From Cylindrospermopsis raciborskii Cr2010 (GTDB taxonomy: Bacteria > Cyanobacteriota > Cyanobacteriia > Cyanobacteriales > Nostocaceae): a DNA stretch of 32,000 nucleotides. A program made the translations under genes and the position numbers. Where the stretch lies: the NCBI RefSeq assembly GCF_003367075.2, contig NZ_CP065936.1:1830001-1862000 (forward strand), in the 5' to 3' direction. Shown piece by piece: positions 13,775-22,204 of the stretch. The notes under the pieces are model-generated. The model was not told the DNA's origin, did no database searches, and saw only the letters and a program-made list of their open reading frames with translations. Numbering within the stretch: position 1 is the stretch's first letter; the number at the start of each line of letters is the position of its first letter.

Positions 13775-14665
13775 TCATGCAAGAAAAAAAGATAAGTTTT
13801 CCTCATCGAAATTTACGAAGTAATTAACTTTACTAATCAAACAAGGTAAAAAGGTATCTGGTTTAATGCTATTTTTCATTTCATCATTGACTTTAATACC
13901 CTGAATAAATTGAGTCAGAATTTCACCTGTAACTTTTGAAAAAAGGTTGAGTGCTGAGTTTTTGATATCCATTGTTATTTCATTCAGCTTGATAATAACA
14001 TCATCCATACCAAACTGAATAAGTTTGTTCTCTTTATCGCTAAGGTTTAAAACTTCAAATTTTTCCTCTGCGTAACCTAAATTTTTTAAATCTTCCTCGA
14101 TTCTTCTGTAAGTCGGAAAGTATAAAATGGTCTCGTTCAAATTTTGGATACTATCCTTAGTAGCAATTATATTAGCATTTATCTGTTTAATGACATCTTT
14201 TAGACTTTCTGGATTTTCCTCTTGCTTAATCCTTACCTCATCTAATATTCTAGAGTGGTATTGAATAGGGATCCTATAAGTTTTGATAATACGTTCAAAA
14301 TGCACACGAAGCAAATCATTACTCATCCGCGCTGCTTCCAACAAACTATCTATTTCTCTCCTGGGCAAAAGTCTTCTCAAGAAAGAACTTGGTGGAAATG
14401 GGTCACGTTGATAACTTTGATAAAAAGACCTCAGATCACTGTTTCTAATCTCAACGCTTTTAACCATTTCACCAGATGAGAATTCGAGAATGATAGAACT
14501 AAAGTCTATTGAGCTAAGTTTATCGAACCTACATGACATTGAGTAATACAGTGCATTGAGAATTGTGGTTTTACCGGAACCATTTTCTGCAATCAGAATC
14601 ATTGCTTCTTTGTCAAATAGTGGCGATACCTTAAAGTCAGAATATGCTGTTAGTTGTAAGAGCAT
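13775..14665 (-). pseudogene. ABC/AAA_15-type ATPase, N-terminal fragment only (Walker A present; no Walker B or H-loop)
   Basis: The 296-aa ORF starts with a typical SMC/OLD-like N-terminus and Walker A (LIAENGSGKTTILNALYY). It ends in FLPCLISKVNYFVNFDEENLSFFLA* with no hhhhDE Walker B or ATH(D/S) motif. It directly abuts the tandem-repeat array. Confidence 0.55.
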
Positions 14666-14700
14666 AAATACTTATTTTCGCCATGGTAAGGTAGAGGTAG

Positions 14701-14985
14701 TTAACTTAATCGAGTTAATTGGTTTATCGTGGCAACCAAATCGCTTATGGTTATAACCCTATAATATAAATCTATATTTAAAACTGTTCTATCAATACGT
14801 GAATCACTAGGAAAAACGATAATTCCATACACTTTAGTATCTTTCATAAAGACTTTATGACGTTTGCTAATTTTTAAATTTCTATTTCTCCTAATAGCAT
14901 CACAGTAAGTTTTTACTTGTTGGTAAGGATTGTCACCCCACGATGACAGAATTTCTACTTCTTTTCCTTTTATTTTGGGACTGAG
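14701..14985 (-). pseudogene. NERD-like nuclease-related domain fragment (no start codon, C-terminal half only)
   Basis: Reverse-strand translation gives ...GKEVEILSSWGDNPYQQVKTYCDAIRRNRNLKISKRHKVFMKDTKVYGIIVFPSDSRI...ISDLVATINQLTRLS*. The W-x-G-x-NP-x-x-Q pattern followed by a V-h-h-V-F strand is what I associate with NERD domains. A stop lies upstream in the same frame. Confidence 0.35.
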
Positions 14986-15883
14986 ATTGTAATTGGGCTA
15001 TTGATTGATTCAAAATACCAATTTCATTACGCAGGTGATTAACTTCCTGCTCAAATTGACTTCTTTGACTATCTATTTGTGCTTGTTGTAATTCACGACC
15101 CTTAATTTTTTCCGCCAGGTCTATTTGTAGCCTCCTATTATTTTCTTGTAATTGTTGTTCTCTTTCTCGGGCTAAGGTATGTTCTAAAGTGATCAAAATA
15201 ATCGTTACCACAATGGCAATTATAGTTACAGTATAAGACTCAATCCAACCACTAGTGGAAAAAGGATTATTAATCCATTTAATAATATCATCCTTAAATG
15301 TTCGTTTAGGTATTCTAATATAGTAAACTCTGCCGATTATGCGACCTTTATTAATAAATTTTGTAGCAGTTCGTTCAGTTGCACGAGGATTAGCATATAC
15401 CCCTTGAGGAAAAATAGGAGGAGGATCAAGCAGCACGTCATAAGGATGATTTTTTAGTTCTTCAGGGTTAAGAGCTGCTTTCCAGGATATGGGTCTTGAA
15501 GAATTTTTACCAGAATAGGAGATAATATTTTTTCCGGTTGCATCTGTAACTATTAAACCAAATAAACTATAGTTACTGTCTAAAGTACGTTGAATTTCTT
15601 CCTGGTTTTGTTTTATTATCACATAAGAAAGTTTAGTTGGTAATGTGTGAGATAACATATTAAAATCAACGGTTTGAACCCGAAATATAGTTTTATTCCA
15701 GTAGTCTTCATGAATATTAGATGCAATTATACTGCCTATACCTGTAAATACAGATGTTATTATACTTAGTCTAACTAATGCTTCTTTTCTCCTAGTTATG
15801 CTCATCATCCTTCTTATTAATGTAATAATCATTTTATACTCCTTAACTTGGTAAACAAACGAAGGTATAAATACTGTAATCAT
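14933..15883 (-). CDS. Hypothetical membrane protein: TM, ~170-aa extracytoplasmic domain, TM, then C-terminal coiled coil
   Basis: TM1 is LVRLSIITSVFTGIGSIIASNI and TM2 is YTVTIIAIVVTIILITL. The tail is Q/E/R-rich with heptad character (REREQQLQENNRRLQIDLAEKIKGRELQQAQIDSQRSQFEQEVNHLRNEIGILNQSIAQLQSQ). I recognise no family. The start may be the internal MIITLIRR (15832). Confidence 0.55.
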   Translation of the reverse strand: MITVFIPSFVYQVKEYKMIITLIRRMMSITRRKEALVRLSIITSVFTGIGSIIASNIHEDYWNKTIFRVQTVDFNMLSHTLPTKLSYVIIKQNQEEIQRTLDSNYSLFGLIVTDATGKNIISYSGKNSSRPISWKAALNPEELKNHPYDVLLDPPPIFPQGVYANPRATERTATKFINKGRIIGRVYYIRIPKRTFKDDIIKWINNPFSTSGWIESYTVTIIAIVVTIILITLEHTLAREREQQLQENNRRLQIDLAEKIKGRELQQAQIDSQRSQFEQEVNHLRNEIGILNQSIAQLQSQSQNKRKRSRNSVIVG

Positions 15884-15956
15884 AATATTATAGTATTAAT
15901 GAACATGGACTCTAGTTTAGTCCTTATGATTTTTTCTCATAGGTAGCACTTACAAA

Positions 15957-16103
15957 ACAGGAACAATAAGCGATCGCATTTATTACTGGAGTTTAGATTA
16001 AAATGGGGAGCGATCGCTGCCCATAATAGAAGTTTATCTGCGTGCGATCGCCTGTGATTTCTATATACTCCTAAATAAGACCACAGATATTTTTAAAAAC
16101 CAA
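15957..16103 (+). repeat. HIP1-containing dispersed repeat, copy 1 (modules X then Y)
   Basis: X is ACAGGAACAATAAGCGATCGCATTTATT (15957-15984). Y is ACTGGAGTTTAGATT...GCGATCGCCTGTG(A/G)TTT(C/T)TATATACTCCTAAATAAGACCA(C/T)AGATATTTTTAAAAACCAA (15985-16103). Both recur at 19396-19552. Confidence 0.85.
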
Positions 16104-16150
16104 AACCAAAGTGCTAAAACTGAGTCGATGATTTTAATTTGTAACTGTTA

Positions 16151-16729
16151 TCAAGCTAATTCCTCAAAAACAATATCCTCATAAACCGACTGAATGGGAA
16201 AACTTAAATCAATACTTTGTAGCTCGATATTATCCCCCGACTGATAATTAAAAATCTCCCAATTACCCCGATCATTTTTGCGGTATAAATCAATCGCTAT
16301 TTTCTCAGCATCAACTAAAAGATAATCTTGCAAACTAGGATTGCGACGATACAATCTAAATTTATCCCCTCGGTCATAACTGGCCGTACTGGGAGATAAA
16401 ACCTCAACAATTAGACAGGGATATTGAATTGCTTGGATTGCAGTGCGATCGCCCTCGTCACAAGTAACGCTCACATCAGGATAAACATAATCTTTTGTTT
16501 CCAAAATATTTACACGACAATCGGAATTACCAACCTGACAACCACTACCCCGTAAATGACCTTTAACAATGAAAATAATATTACTAGCAATTCGTCCATG
16601 ATTTTGAGTTCCCCCAGTCATAGCGTAAACTTCACCATTAATATACTCATGGCGAAGCAGTTGTTTTTCTTCCCAGACAAAATATTCTTCGGGTGTTAAC
16701 TTAGGAAACTTGTCTTTTACAGCAATCAT
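16151..16729 (-). CDS. Uma2 (DUF820) family endonuclease
   Basis: 192 aa with EYINGEVYAMTGGTQNHGRIASNI, PDVSVTC, PCLIVEVLSPSTASYDRGDKFRLYR and DYLLVD. This is the canonical Uma2 PD-(D/E)xK pattern. Confidence 0.9.
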   Translation of the reverse strand: MIAVKDKFPKLTPEEYFVWEEKQLLRHEYINGEVYAMTGGTQNHGRIASNIIFIVKGHLRGSGCQVGNSDCRVNILETKDYVYPDVSVTCDEGDRTAIQAIQYPCLIVEVLSPSTASYDRGDKFRLYRRNPSLQDYLLVDAEKIAIDLYRKNDRGNWEIFNYQSGDNIELQSIDLSFPIQSVYEDIVFEELA

Positions 16730-16746
16730 TTTTTGTTACCTCATCT

Positions 16747-17088
16747 ATGGTTGACCAAATTAAAATCGCTTTTATCAACAATACCTTGCCTATTTTTTGT
16801 AGCGACAGGGGAACCCAACCCATTTGTTCGGTTTGTAGGAGTATGTCACCTAACTGTATTTTAGTTAACTCCTTGCCAATAATGCAAATTTATCGCGAGA
16901 TCGCCACGAAATTAACCATTAAATTAATCCACGCCTGGAGATTGTCTGTGGGGATACCCTTAACCTGGGAACCAGTAAGAGAGAAATTTGGCTCACCCAT
17001 TAGAATCACATCCGGGTATCGTCCACCCGCAGTCAATAGTTCCCTAGGTGGTGCGCGTAACAGTCAGCATCTTTACTTTCGCGCCTAA
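16747..17088 (+). pseudogene. Peptidase M15A-like (D-Ala-D-Ala carboxypeptidase family) fragment, truncated after the first zinc ligand
   Basis: ...VREKFGSPIRITSGYRPPAVNSSLGGARNSQH then LYFRA*. The SGYR-x4-N-x3-GG-x3-S-x-H motif is present. The following G-x-A-x-D and distal His are absent because the ORF stops 19 nt before the convergent WD40 gene. The N-terminal ~60 aa of the track ORF are probably not genuine. Confidence 0.5.
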
Positions 17089-17106
17089 GTTTGGCTAAGT
17101 TTAATG

Positions 17107-18870
17107 TTATGTTTCGGGGTAATTATAGGGAAAGACTGTAATAGTTTTATCTCCACTCCCAGTGGCTAGAAGTTTGCCATTAGGACTAAAAGTAATTGTA
17201 TAAATGGCATCTTCGGCACATTTGACTGTGGAGATTTCTTCACCGCTCTCTAGGTTCCACAACTTTGCAGTTTTATCTTTACTCCCACTAGCTACTATGT
17301 TCCCATCGGGACTAATGGCAATGGTATAAACAGCTTGAGAGTGTCCATTTAAAGTTCTAATTTCTTCCCCAGTTTCCACATTCCATAATTTAATGATTGT
17401 ATCATTACCACCACTCACCAATATTTGATTATTAGGGGTAAAGGCTAAAGCATTTATTCCCCCATTAAACCAGTTGGAATTCACTACTATGGTTCTGACT
17501 TGTTTCTCAGCTAGTTTTAAAATCATAATGGTTCCATCACGACTACCACTAGCTAATAGCTGACCATCAGGACTAAAAGCTACACATAAAACACCATCTG
17601 AATGACCCTGGAAAGAATAAATTTCTTCACCACTTTCTAAATTCCACAACTTAATAGTTTTGTCATTGCTTCCACTAGCTAGGATTTTACCTAAAGGACT
17701 GAAAACTAAAGAGTTTACCTGTTCTTGGTGTCCTGTTAACGTGATGATTTTTTCACCGCTAGTGAAGTTCCATAATCTAATGGTTTTATCTTTACTTGCA
17801 CTAGCTACTATGTTCCCATCGGGACTAACTGCTACTGAGTTAATACCTCCATTCCAGGGAGAATCTTGATGTGCTGGTAGGGTGCGATGAGTCTGAGTTA
17901 TTAAATCCCAAATTTTGATTGTTTTATCATCACTACCACTAACTAAATTTCTACCATCAGGACTAAAAGCTACTGCGGAAACTTTAGACTCATGACCTTT
18001 TAAATTTTGTACAAATAATAATTGGTTGAGATTTTCATCTACACTTGCTTCCGATTTAGATGTGGCAAGAATTACCTGATTAAATTTTCCTGTGATTGGT
18101 GAAGTTTCTATATTTTCAATACATGATGTTTTGGGAGTATTGAAATTAGGTTCTTCGGTTTCTTCTAAATTGCTTACTGTGATTAAATCATCAAAGCACC
18201 TATCTAATTCTGTCAAAGAGTTATTCACGGATTCAAAAAGTTCATTGAATCTAGAATTTTCATGATTTTGATTCTGTTTGAGTTGATTAAATTCACCAAT
18301 TGTGACGAAGTTTTGATGACAAGCTTCATGTAGTTTCTGGATTGAATCATCCAGATTTTCACAGCGAGACTCAATCTGGTCAATTTGTTGACTAATTTCG
18401 GTTAATTCTAATTTATTTTCTGTTTGCTCTAGTAAGTTTTTAATTTCACTGTCTATTGTATTTAGGCGATTATATATATCACTAATTTGTTGAGGAATTT
18501 CTTCGGTTGATACTAGCAATTTTTGTATAGAAATTTGAATTTTCTGATCAATTATTTCGTTTAGTTGTTGTTTCCAAATTTCAATTTTTTTGATTCTTTC
18601 ATTAGATTGGTTCATTGTTTGTTTAATTTCATCAACTTGATTTGTCAGATTTGTCATATTTATTTGTAGTGTTGTAATTTGTGGAATTTGTGATGATGAC
18701 CAAGCATGATTATACCTAACATAATTTCCTAAGTGCAATAGCAATATATCTAATAGGATAGGTATAACCATATATAGTATGTCTTTGGTAGCCAAGAATG
18801 CGATCACACCCAAAGACAGAAGGCTTAAACCAATATATTCCCTAGCTTGGATTTCTGGAATTTTACTCAT
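17107..18870 (-). CDS. Membrane-anchored coiled-coil / WD40-repeat protein (7 WD40 blades)
   Basis: The N-terminus has hydrophobic segments (IGLSLLSLGVIAFLA, MVIPILLDILLL). A ~200-aa coiled-coil-like Q/E/N-rich region follows. Seven WD repeats complete the protein (GH...SPDG..LASGS.DKTIKLWN). Confidence 0.9.
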   Translation of the reverse strand: MSKIPEIQAREYIGLSLLSLGVIAFLATKDILYMVIPILLDILLLHLGNYVRYNHAWSSSQIPQITTLQINMTNLTNQVDEIKQTMNQSNERIKKIEIWKQQLNEIIDQKIQISIQKLLVSTEEIPQQISDIYNRLNTIDSEIKNLLEQTENKLELTEISQQIDQIESRCENLDDSIQKLHEACHQNFVTIGEFNQLKQNQNHENSRFNELFESVNNSLTELDRCFDDLITVSNLEETEEPNFNTPKTSCIENIETSPITGKFNQVILATSKSEASVDENLNQLLFVQNLKGHESKVSAVAFSPDGRNLVSGSDDKTIKIWDLITQTHRTLPAHQDSPWNGGINSVAVSPDGNIVASASKDKTIRLWNFTSGEKIITLTGHQEQVNSLVFSPLGKILASGSNDKTIKLWNLESGEEIYSFQGHSDGVLCVAFSPDGQLLASGSRDGTIMILKLAEKQVRTIVVNSNWFNGGINALAFTPNNQILVSGGNDTIIKLWNVETGEEIRTLNGHSQAVYTIAISPDGNIVASGSKDKTAKLWNLESGEEISTVKCAEDAIYTITFSPNGKLLATGSGDKTITVFPYNYPET

Positions 18871-18889
18871 ATTTATCTACTGATTTATT

Positions 18890-19135
18890 TTATTTTTTTA
18901 GGATCTCATTTACAGTTAACTTCACCTCAGAAAATAAAGGGGAACAAATCACCTCATCACCCGTAAAAACCTGCTCCTCATATAAACCTTCCACCCACTC
19001 CAAAACAGTCACCTTTTGCGCCATCGGAAGGTTGGTTTGAGCATCACTTTCTGGGTAGACAATTTCAGGCGCGATTGTCTCCCCAAGCTGATTTTTATTG
19101 GAATTTGCCTCATCATATCTATACCTCCCATTCAC
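18890..19135 (-). pseudogene. Uma2-family endonuclease C-terminal fragment
   Basis: The 81-aa ORF ends in VTVLEWVEGLYEEQVFTGDEVICSPLFSEVKLTVNEILKK. This fits the Uma2 C-terminal pattern (strand, Y, G-D-x-h-x-S-P-h-F-x-h-x-L-x-V). The catalytic N-terminal part is missing. Confidence 0.45.
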
Positions 19136-19395
19136 TTTGGTACTGACTCAATCGGTTTAATTTACTATAACATGGCTTCTGTAGGGATGTATTGCATACC
19201 TTCACTTAAAATTAATTGGGTTGACTTTAGCAGGAGGAAGGTTTTTAAAAATCTTTCTCCCGGGGGGACATTTTGGTGCACGTAATAGTTTGCGACACCC
19301 CCTACATTATCATACATTTAGCCTACTTATTTGGTGATTCTTATGACCACTCCCTTTTCTTTCAGCTTAGATATTGAATTATCTCTATCTAACTA

Positions 19396-19552
19396 ACTGG
19401 AGTTTAGATTGAAGAGAGGAGCGATCGCCTGTATGGAGTGCTTCGCGATCGCCTGTGGTTTTTATATACTCCTAAATAAGACCATAGATATTTTTAAAAA
19501 CCAACTCTCACCCACTTAGCACAAACAGGAACAATAAGCGATCGCATTTATT
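19396..19552 (+). repeat. HIP1-containing dispersed repeat, copy 2 (modules Y then X)
   Basis: Y lies at 19396-19504 and X at 19525-19552. Both have the same orientation as copy 1, but the module order is permuted (Y, 20-nt gap, X). Confidence 0.85.
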
Positions 19553-19563
19553 GCATTTATCGA

Positions 19564-19671
19564 TTATATAATTTGAGAGTGCGATCGCACATCCTTAAAA
19601 CGCCCGTTAGCAATTAGATCAGCCATCTTTTCTGACCAGAGAACAAAATCTTGTTCATACAAAGTTGTCAT
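19564..19671 (-). pseudogene. DUF29-family protein fragment (N-terminal 35 aa only)
   Basis: Reverse-strand ATG at 19671 gives MTTLYEQDFVLWSEKMADLIANGRFKDVRSHSQII*. The MTTLYEQDF-LW---A-LL--GRF opening is the conserved DUF29 N-terminus. Full-length members are about 140 aa. Confidence 0.5.
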
Positions 19672-19782
19672 AGTTTTAAAATGCTGGTTTTACTATTTTA
19701 ACAAGCGATCGCCCAGTGATAAGTAGGGAGGCACAATTTTCCAGTTAGGTTATTATTAAGTAAAAAGTAAAGGAATAAATCT

Positions 19783-20043
19783 ATGAATACTCGTGAAGTT
19801 GTGGTTAATAAGTTACAACAATTACCAGATCCTCTGATATCAAGAGTGGATGAGTTTATTAATTTCTTAATTGCACAAAAGCAAAATCAAGTAGTTAATG
19901 TTCAATCTTCAGAATCTTTAACAGATAGGTGGAAGCGGTGGTTTGAAAAGGTTGATCAATTACCTATACTAAATCATGAACCGCAGAATGAGTATCAACA
20001 ACGTTTGCTCCAAAAATATCGTCAGCAGAGTTTAGATTTATGA
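19783..20043 (+). CDS. Putative antitoxin (VapB-like, DUF2281-like N-terminus)
   Basis: 86 aa. The opening VVNKLQQLPDPLISRVDEFINFL resembles DUF2281-type antitoxins. Its stop overlaps the ATG of the downstream PIN fragment (ATGA at 20040-20043). Confidence 0.5.
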   Translation: MNTREVVVNKLQQLPDPLISRVDEFINFLIAQKQNQVVNVQSSESLTDRWKRWFEKVDQLPILNHEPQNEYQQRLLQKYRQQSLDL

Positions 20044-20171
20044 TTCTGTGTGATGCGGGAGTTTTGCTTTGTTTAGTAGATTACACACAACCTCAACATC
20101 AAATTTATAAAAATCTGGTGATGCGTGTCAGTAAACCTATGGTTACAACTCACCTACTTACATCAGATTAA
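20040..20171 (+). pseudogene. PIN-domain (VapC-like) toxin, truncated to 43 aa at the defence-island boundary
   Basis: Translation is MILCDAGVLLCLVDYTQPQHQIYKNLVMRVSKPMVTT then HLLTSD*. The MILCD-G-L--L-D first acidic PIN motif is present and the rest of the domain is missing. The last codons overlap the brxL stop on the other strand. Confidence 0.55.
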
Positions 20172-22204
20172 TCGACAGGGTCACAACGGAGAAATGTGAC
20201 CTCAAAAGCTTTACACCCCCGGAACTCCTGCAATCGGTTTGGAATCGAGAACACATCTTTTAGGTCGTAGTGCTGAAATATGTCTAATCCCCTGTCTAAT
20301 AATATCTTCCAGCCTGTATCTGTCACTATGTGTCGAGCGTGAATGGTAGAAGTACCATCAAATTCCCACTTGAAATCAATCCCAGCAATACTACAGGAAT
20401 CTTGTATCTTCACTAAATACTCAACCTGTTGCTCCCCTTTTAATTCATCTAGGGTTGTAATTAAATTAATCTTTACTTCGTCTCTGTTGGGCTTTAACTT
20501 GATTACGGTTTCTATCAAGTCCATTAAGTTGCAGGCCTGGTGAAAAACTCGGATGTAGGGATCGGTAATGGTAATCTCCTTTGCACCCTCTAAATAGGGA
20601 CCTAACAGGGTGTCAAATGAAACCCCTCGCTGATTCTCTTTAAAGGTCAGGTGCGCTTCCTGTGGAAAAACTTCTCCATCCTCTTCCCATAATGATGGTC
20701 TCTCTTTCTCTTCGGTCAGGATCTGGTGGTAGAAGCTGGCATACTCTTCTTCTTCCAGGGTGGTGACAGTTTTACAGGTGCCCTTTCTATTTTCGTAGGC
20801 AAAGTTAACTTTCCTATAGGTAGAATCTATGCGCAATAGCTGATCTTTAACCCGCTTGCGCCCCTCTATGGCAATTTGTAACATTTCCTCTACCTCGGAC
20901 TCTGTCCCACTACCCTGGGGAAAAAGGAGTTTCATTAAACCGGAAAAGGTCTTTTGAATACCATCGCGATCGCGGGTGGAAATATCAGGAGAAAGGGAAA
21001 AGTAAGTATGATAGTAATCTGAGTAATCAAGGTTACGCATGGCTCGGAGAATTTCCGCTAGGTAGTCTACGACAAAACCATAGCCATTGCAGAACATTTC
21101 CCCCCGGATGATGTCCACTTCCCATCCGGGAATGTAAAAATGAATGCGATCCAGGAAGGCGGAATCGTGGAATTTGTCGGGAAGTTCTTCAAAAAGATCG
21201 GAGTGCTTGAGCATATAGGGGACTGTATGCTTGGTGTTACCTACAAATACCATGGAGGCTTCGGCTCCAAGGGTTTCTATACCTCGTGAAAAGGATTTGT
21301 TGGCCATGTAGTTCTTCATGATGTCTACAAGAGATTTATTCACACTCTTTTGCTTACCAGCAAACTCATCAAAGGCCACCACATCCCAATAACCAACTAA
21401 ACCAATCCTACCAGTGGAATTATTGACAAACAATTTGGCTACGGTTACTTCGCCACCGGAGATGAGGATGCCATGGGGGGAGAATTCGGAAAAAATGTGG
21501 GATTTGCCAGTCCCCTTGGGTCCAAGCTCAATTAGGTTATAGTTGCGCTCACAAAATGGAATCAGACGGATGAGCTGAAGTAGCTTGCTTCGCCTACCAA
21601 ACATCTCGGGGTTAAAACCAATACTCTGGACTAGTAAGTCAATCCATTCTTCCGTGGTGAATGCTTGGCGGGCCTGCACGTAAGTATCAAAATCAAAGTA
21701 AGATAGTTGAATGGGTTTTAGGGAGGCCAGAATCCAGGGACTAGAATTCTTATCTTCGCTAAATTCGTATTCCAGGTCTGCAATGCACCACACTCCACTC
21801 ACTAGGAGTTTGGGGTGGCTCTTGACTGTGCTAGAATCAACTAACACCTTCTTAATGCCCAGATTGCCAAACTCGGCTTCATACACATCCGCCTTTTCGT
21901 TCAACTCAACGCTGATCTTATCTATGACCTTATAACGTCCCTTTTCCCTAATATTAGAGCGAATCAGCCCTGCTTCGTTGCGATGGACATAATGTTTCCG
22001 CAATATTTCCTTAACTGTTTCAATCCCTGTGTTAATAGTGGCTTCGTCATTGGTGGCACAATACTGACCGAGAAGGTATTCGAGTACATAGGAAGGAACG
22101 ATGGCGTTACCTTTGACCGTCTTAACCAGGTCTTTTCGCACCACAAGTCCAGGAAAATGGGCATTTATCTTTTGATCCAGGTTGTTCAAAGCAGTTCCTC
22201 CCAC
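20168..22204 (-). CDS. brxL: BREX system Lon-protease-like protein BrxL
   Basis: 678 aa with N-terminal LDQKINAHFPGLVVRKDL, the P-loop ELGPKGTGKSH, and Walker B VVAFDEF. It is the last gene after pglZ. The track start is GTG at 22204. A TTG at 22189 preceded by GGGAGG is an alternative start. Confidence 0.9.
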   Translation of the reverse strand: MGGTALNNLDQKINAHFPGLVVRKDLVKTVKGNAIVPSYVLEYLLGQYCATNDEATINTGIETVKEILRKHYVHRNEAGLIRSNIREKGRYKVIDKISVELNEKADVYEAEFGNLGIKKVLVDSSTVKSHPKLLVSGVWCIADLEYEFSEDKNSSPWILASLKPIQLSYFDFDTYVQARQAFTTEEWIDLLVQSIGFNPEMFGRRSKLLQLIRLIPFCERNYNLIELGPKGTGKSHIFSEFSPHGILISGGEVTVAKLFVNNSTGRIGLVGYWDVVAFDEFAGKQKSVNKSLVDIMKNYMANKSFSRGIETLGAEASMVFVGNTKHTVPYMLKHSDLFEELPDKFHDSAFLDRIHFYIPGWEVDIIRGEMFCNGYGFVVDYLAEILRAMRNLDYSDYYHTYFSLSPDISTRDRDGIQKTFSGLMKLLFPQGSGTESEVEEMLQIAIEGRKRVKDQLLRIDSTYRKVNFAYENRKGTCKTVTTLEEEEYASFYHQILTEEKERPSLWEEDGEVFPQEAHLTFKENQRGVSFDTLLGPYLEGAKEITITDPYIRVFHQACNLMDLIETVIKLKPNRDEVKINLITTLDELKGEQQVEYLVKIQDSCSIAGIDFKWEFDGTSTIHARHIVTDTGWKILLDRGLDIFQHYDLKDVFSIPNRLQEFRGCKAFEVTFLRCDPVD

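Noticed and set aside
14556-14756. 66-aa plus-strand ORF spanning the ATPase-fragment start
   Set aside because: It is antisense to the Walker A region of the minus-strand ORF and has no motifs.
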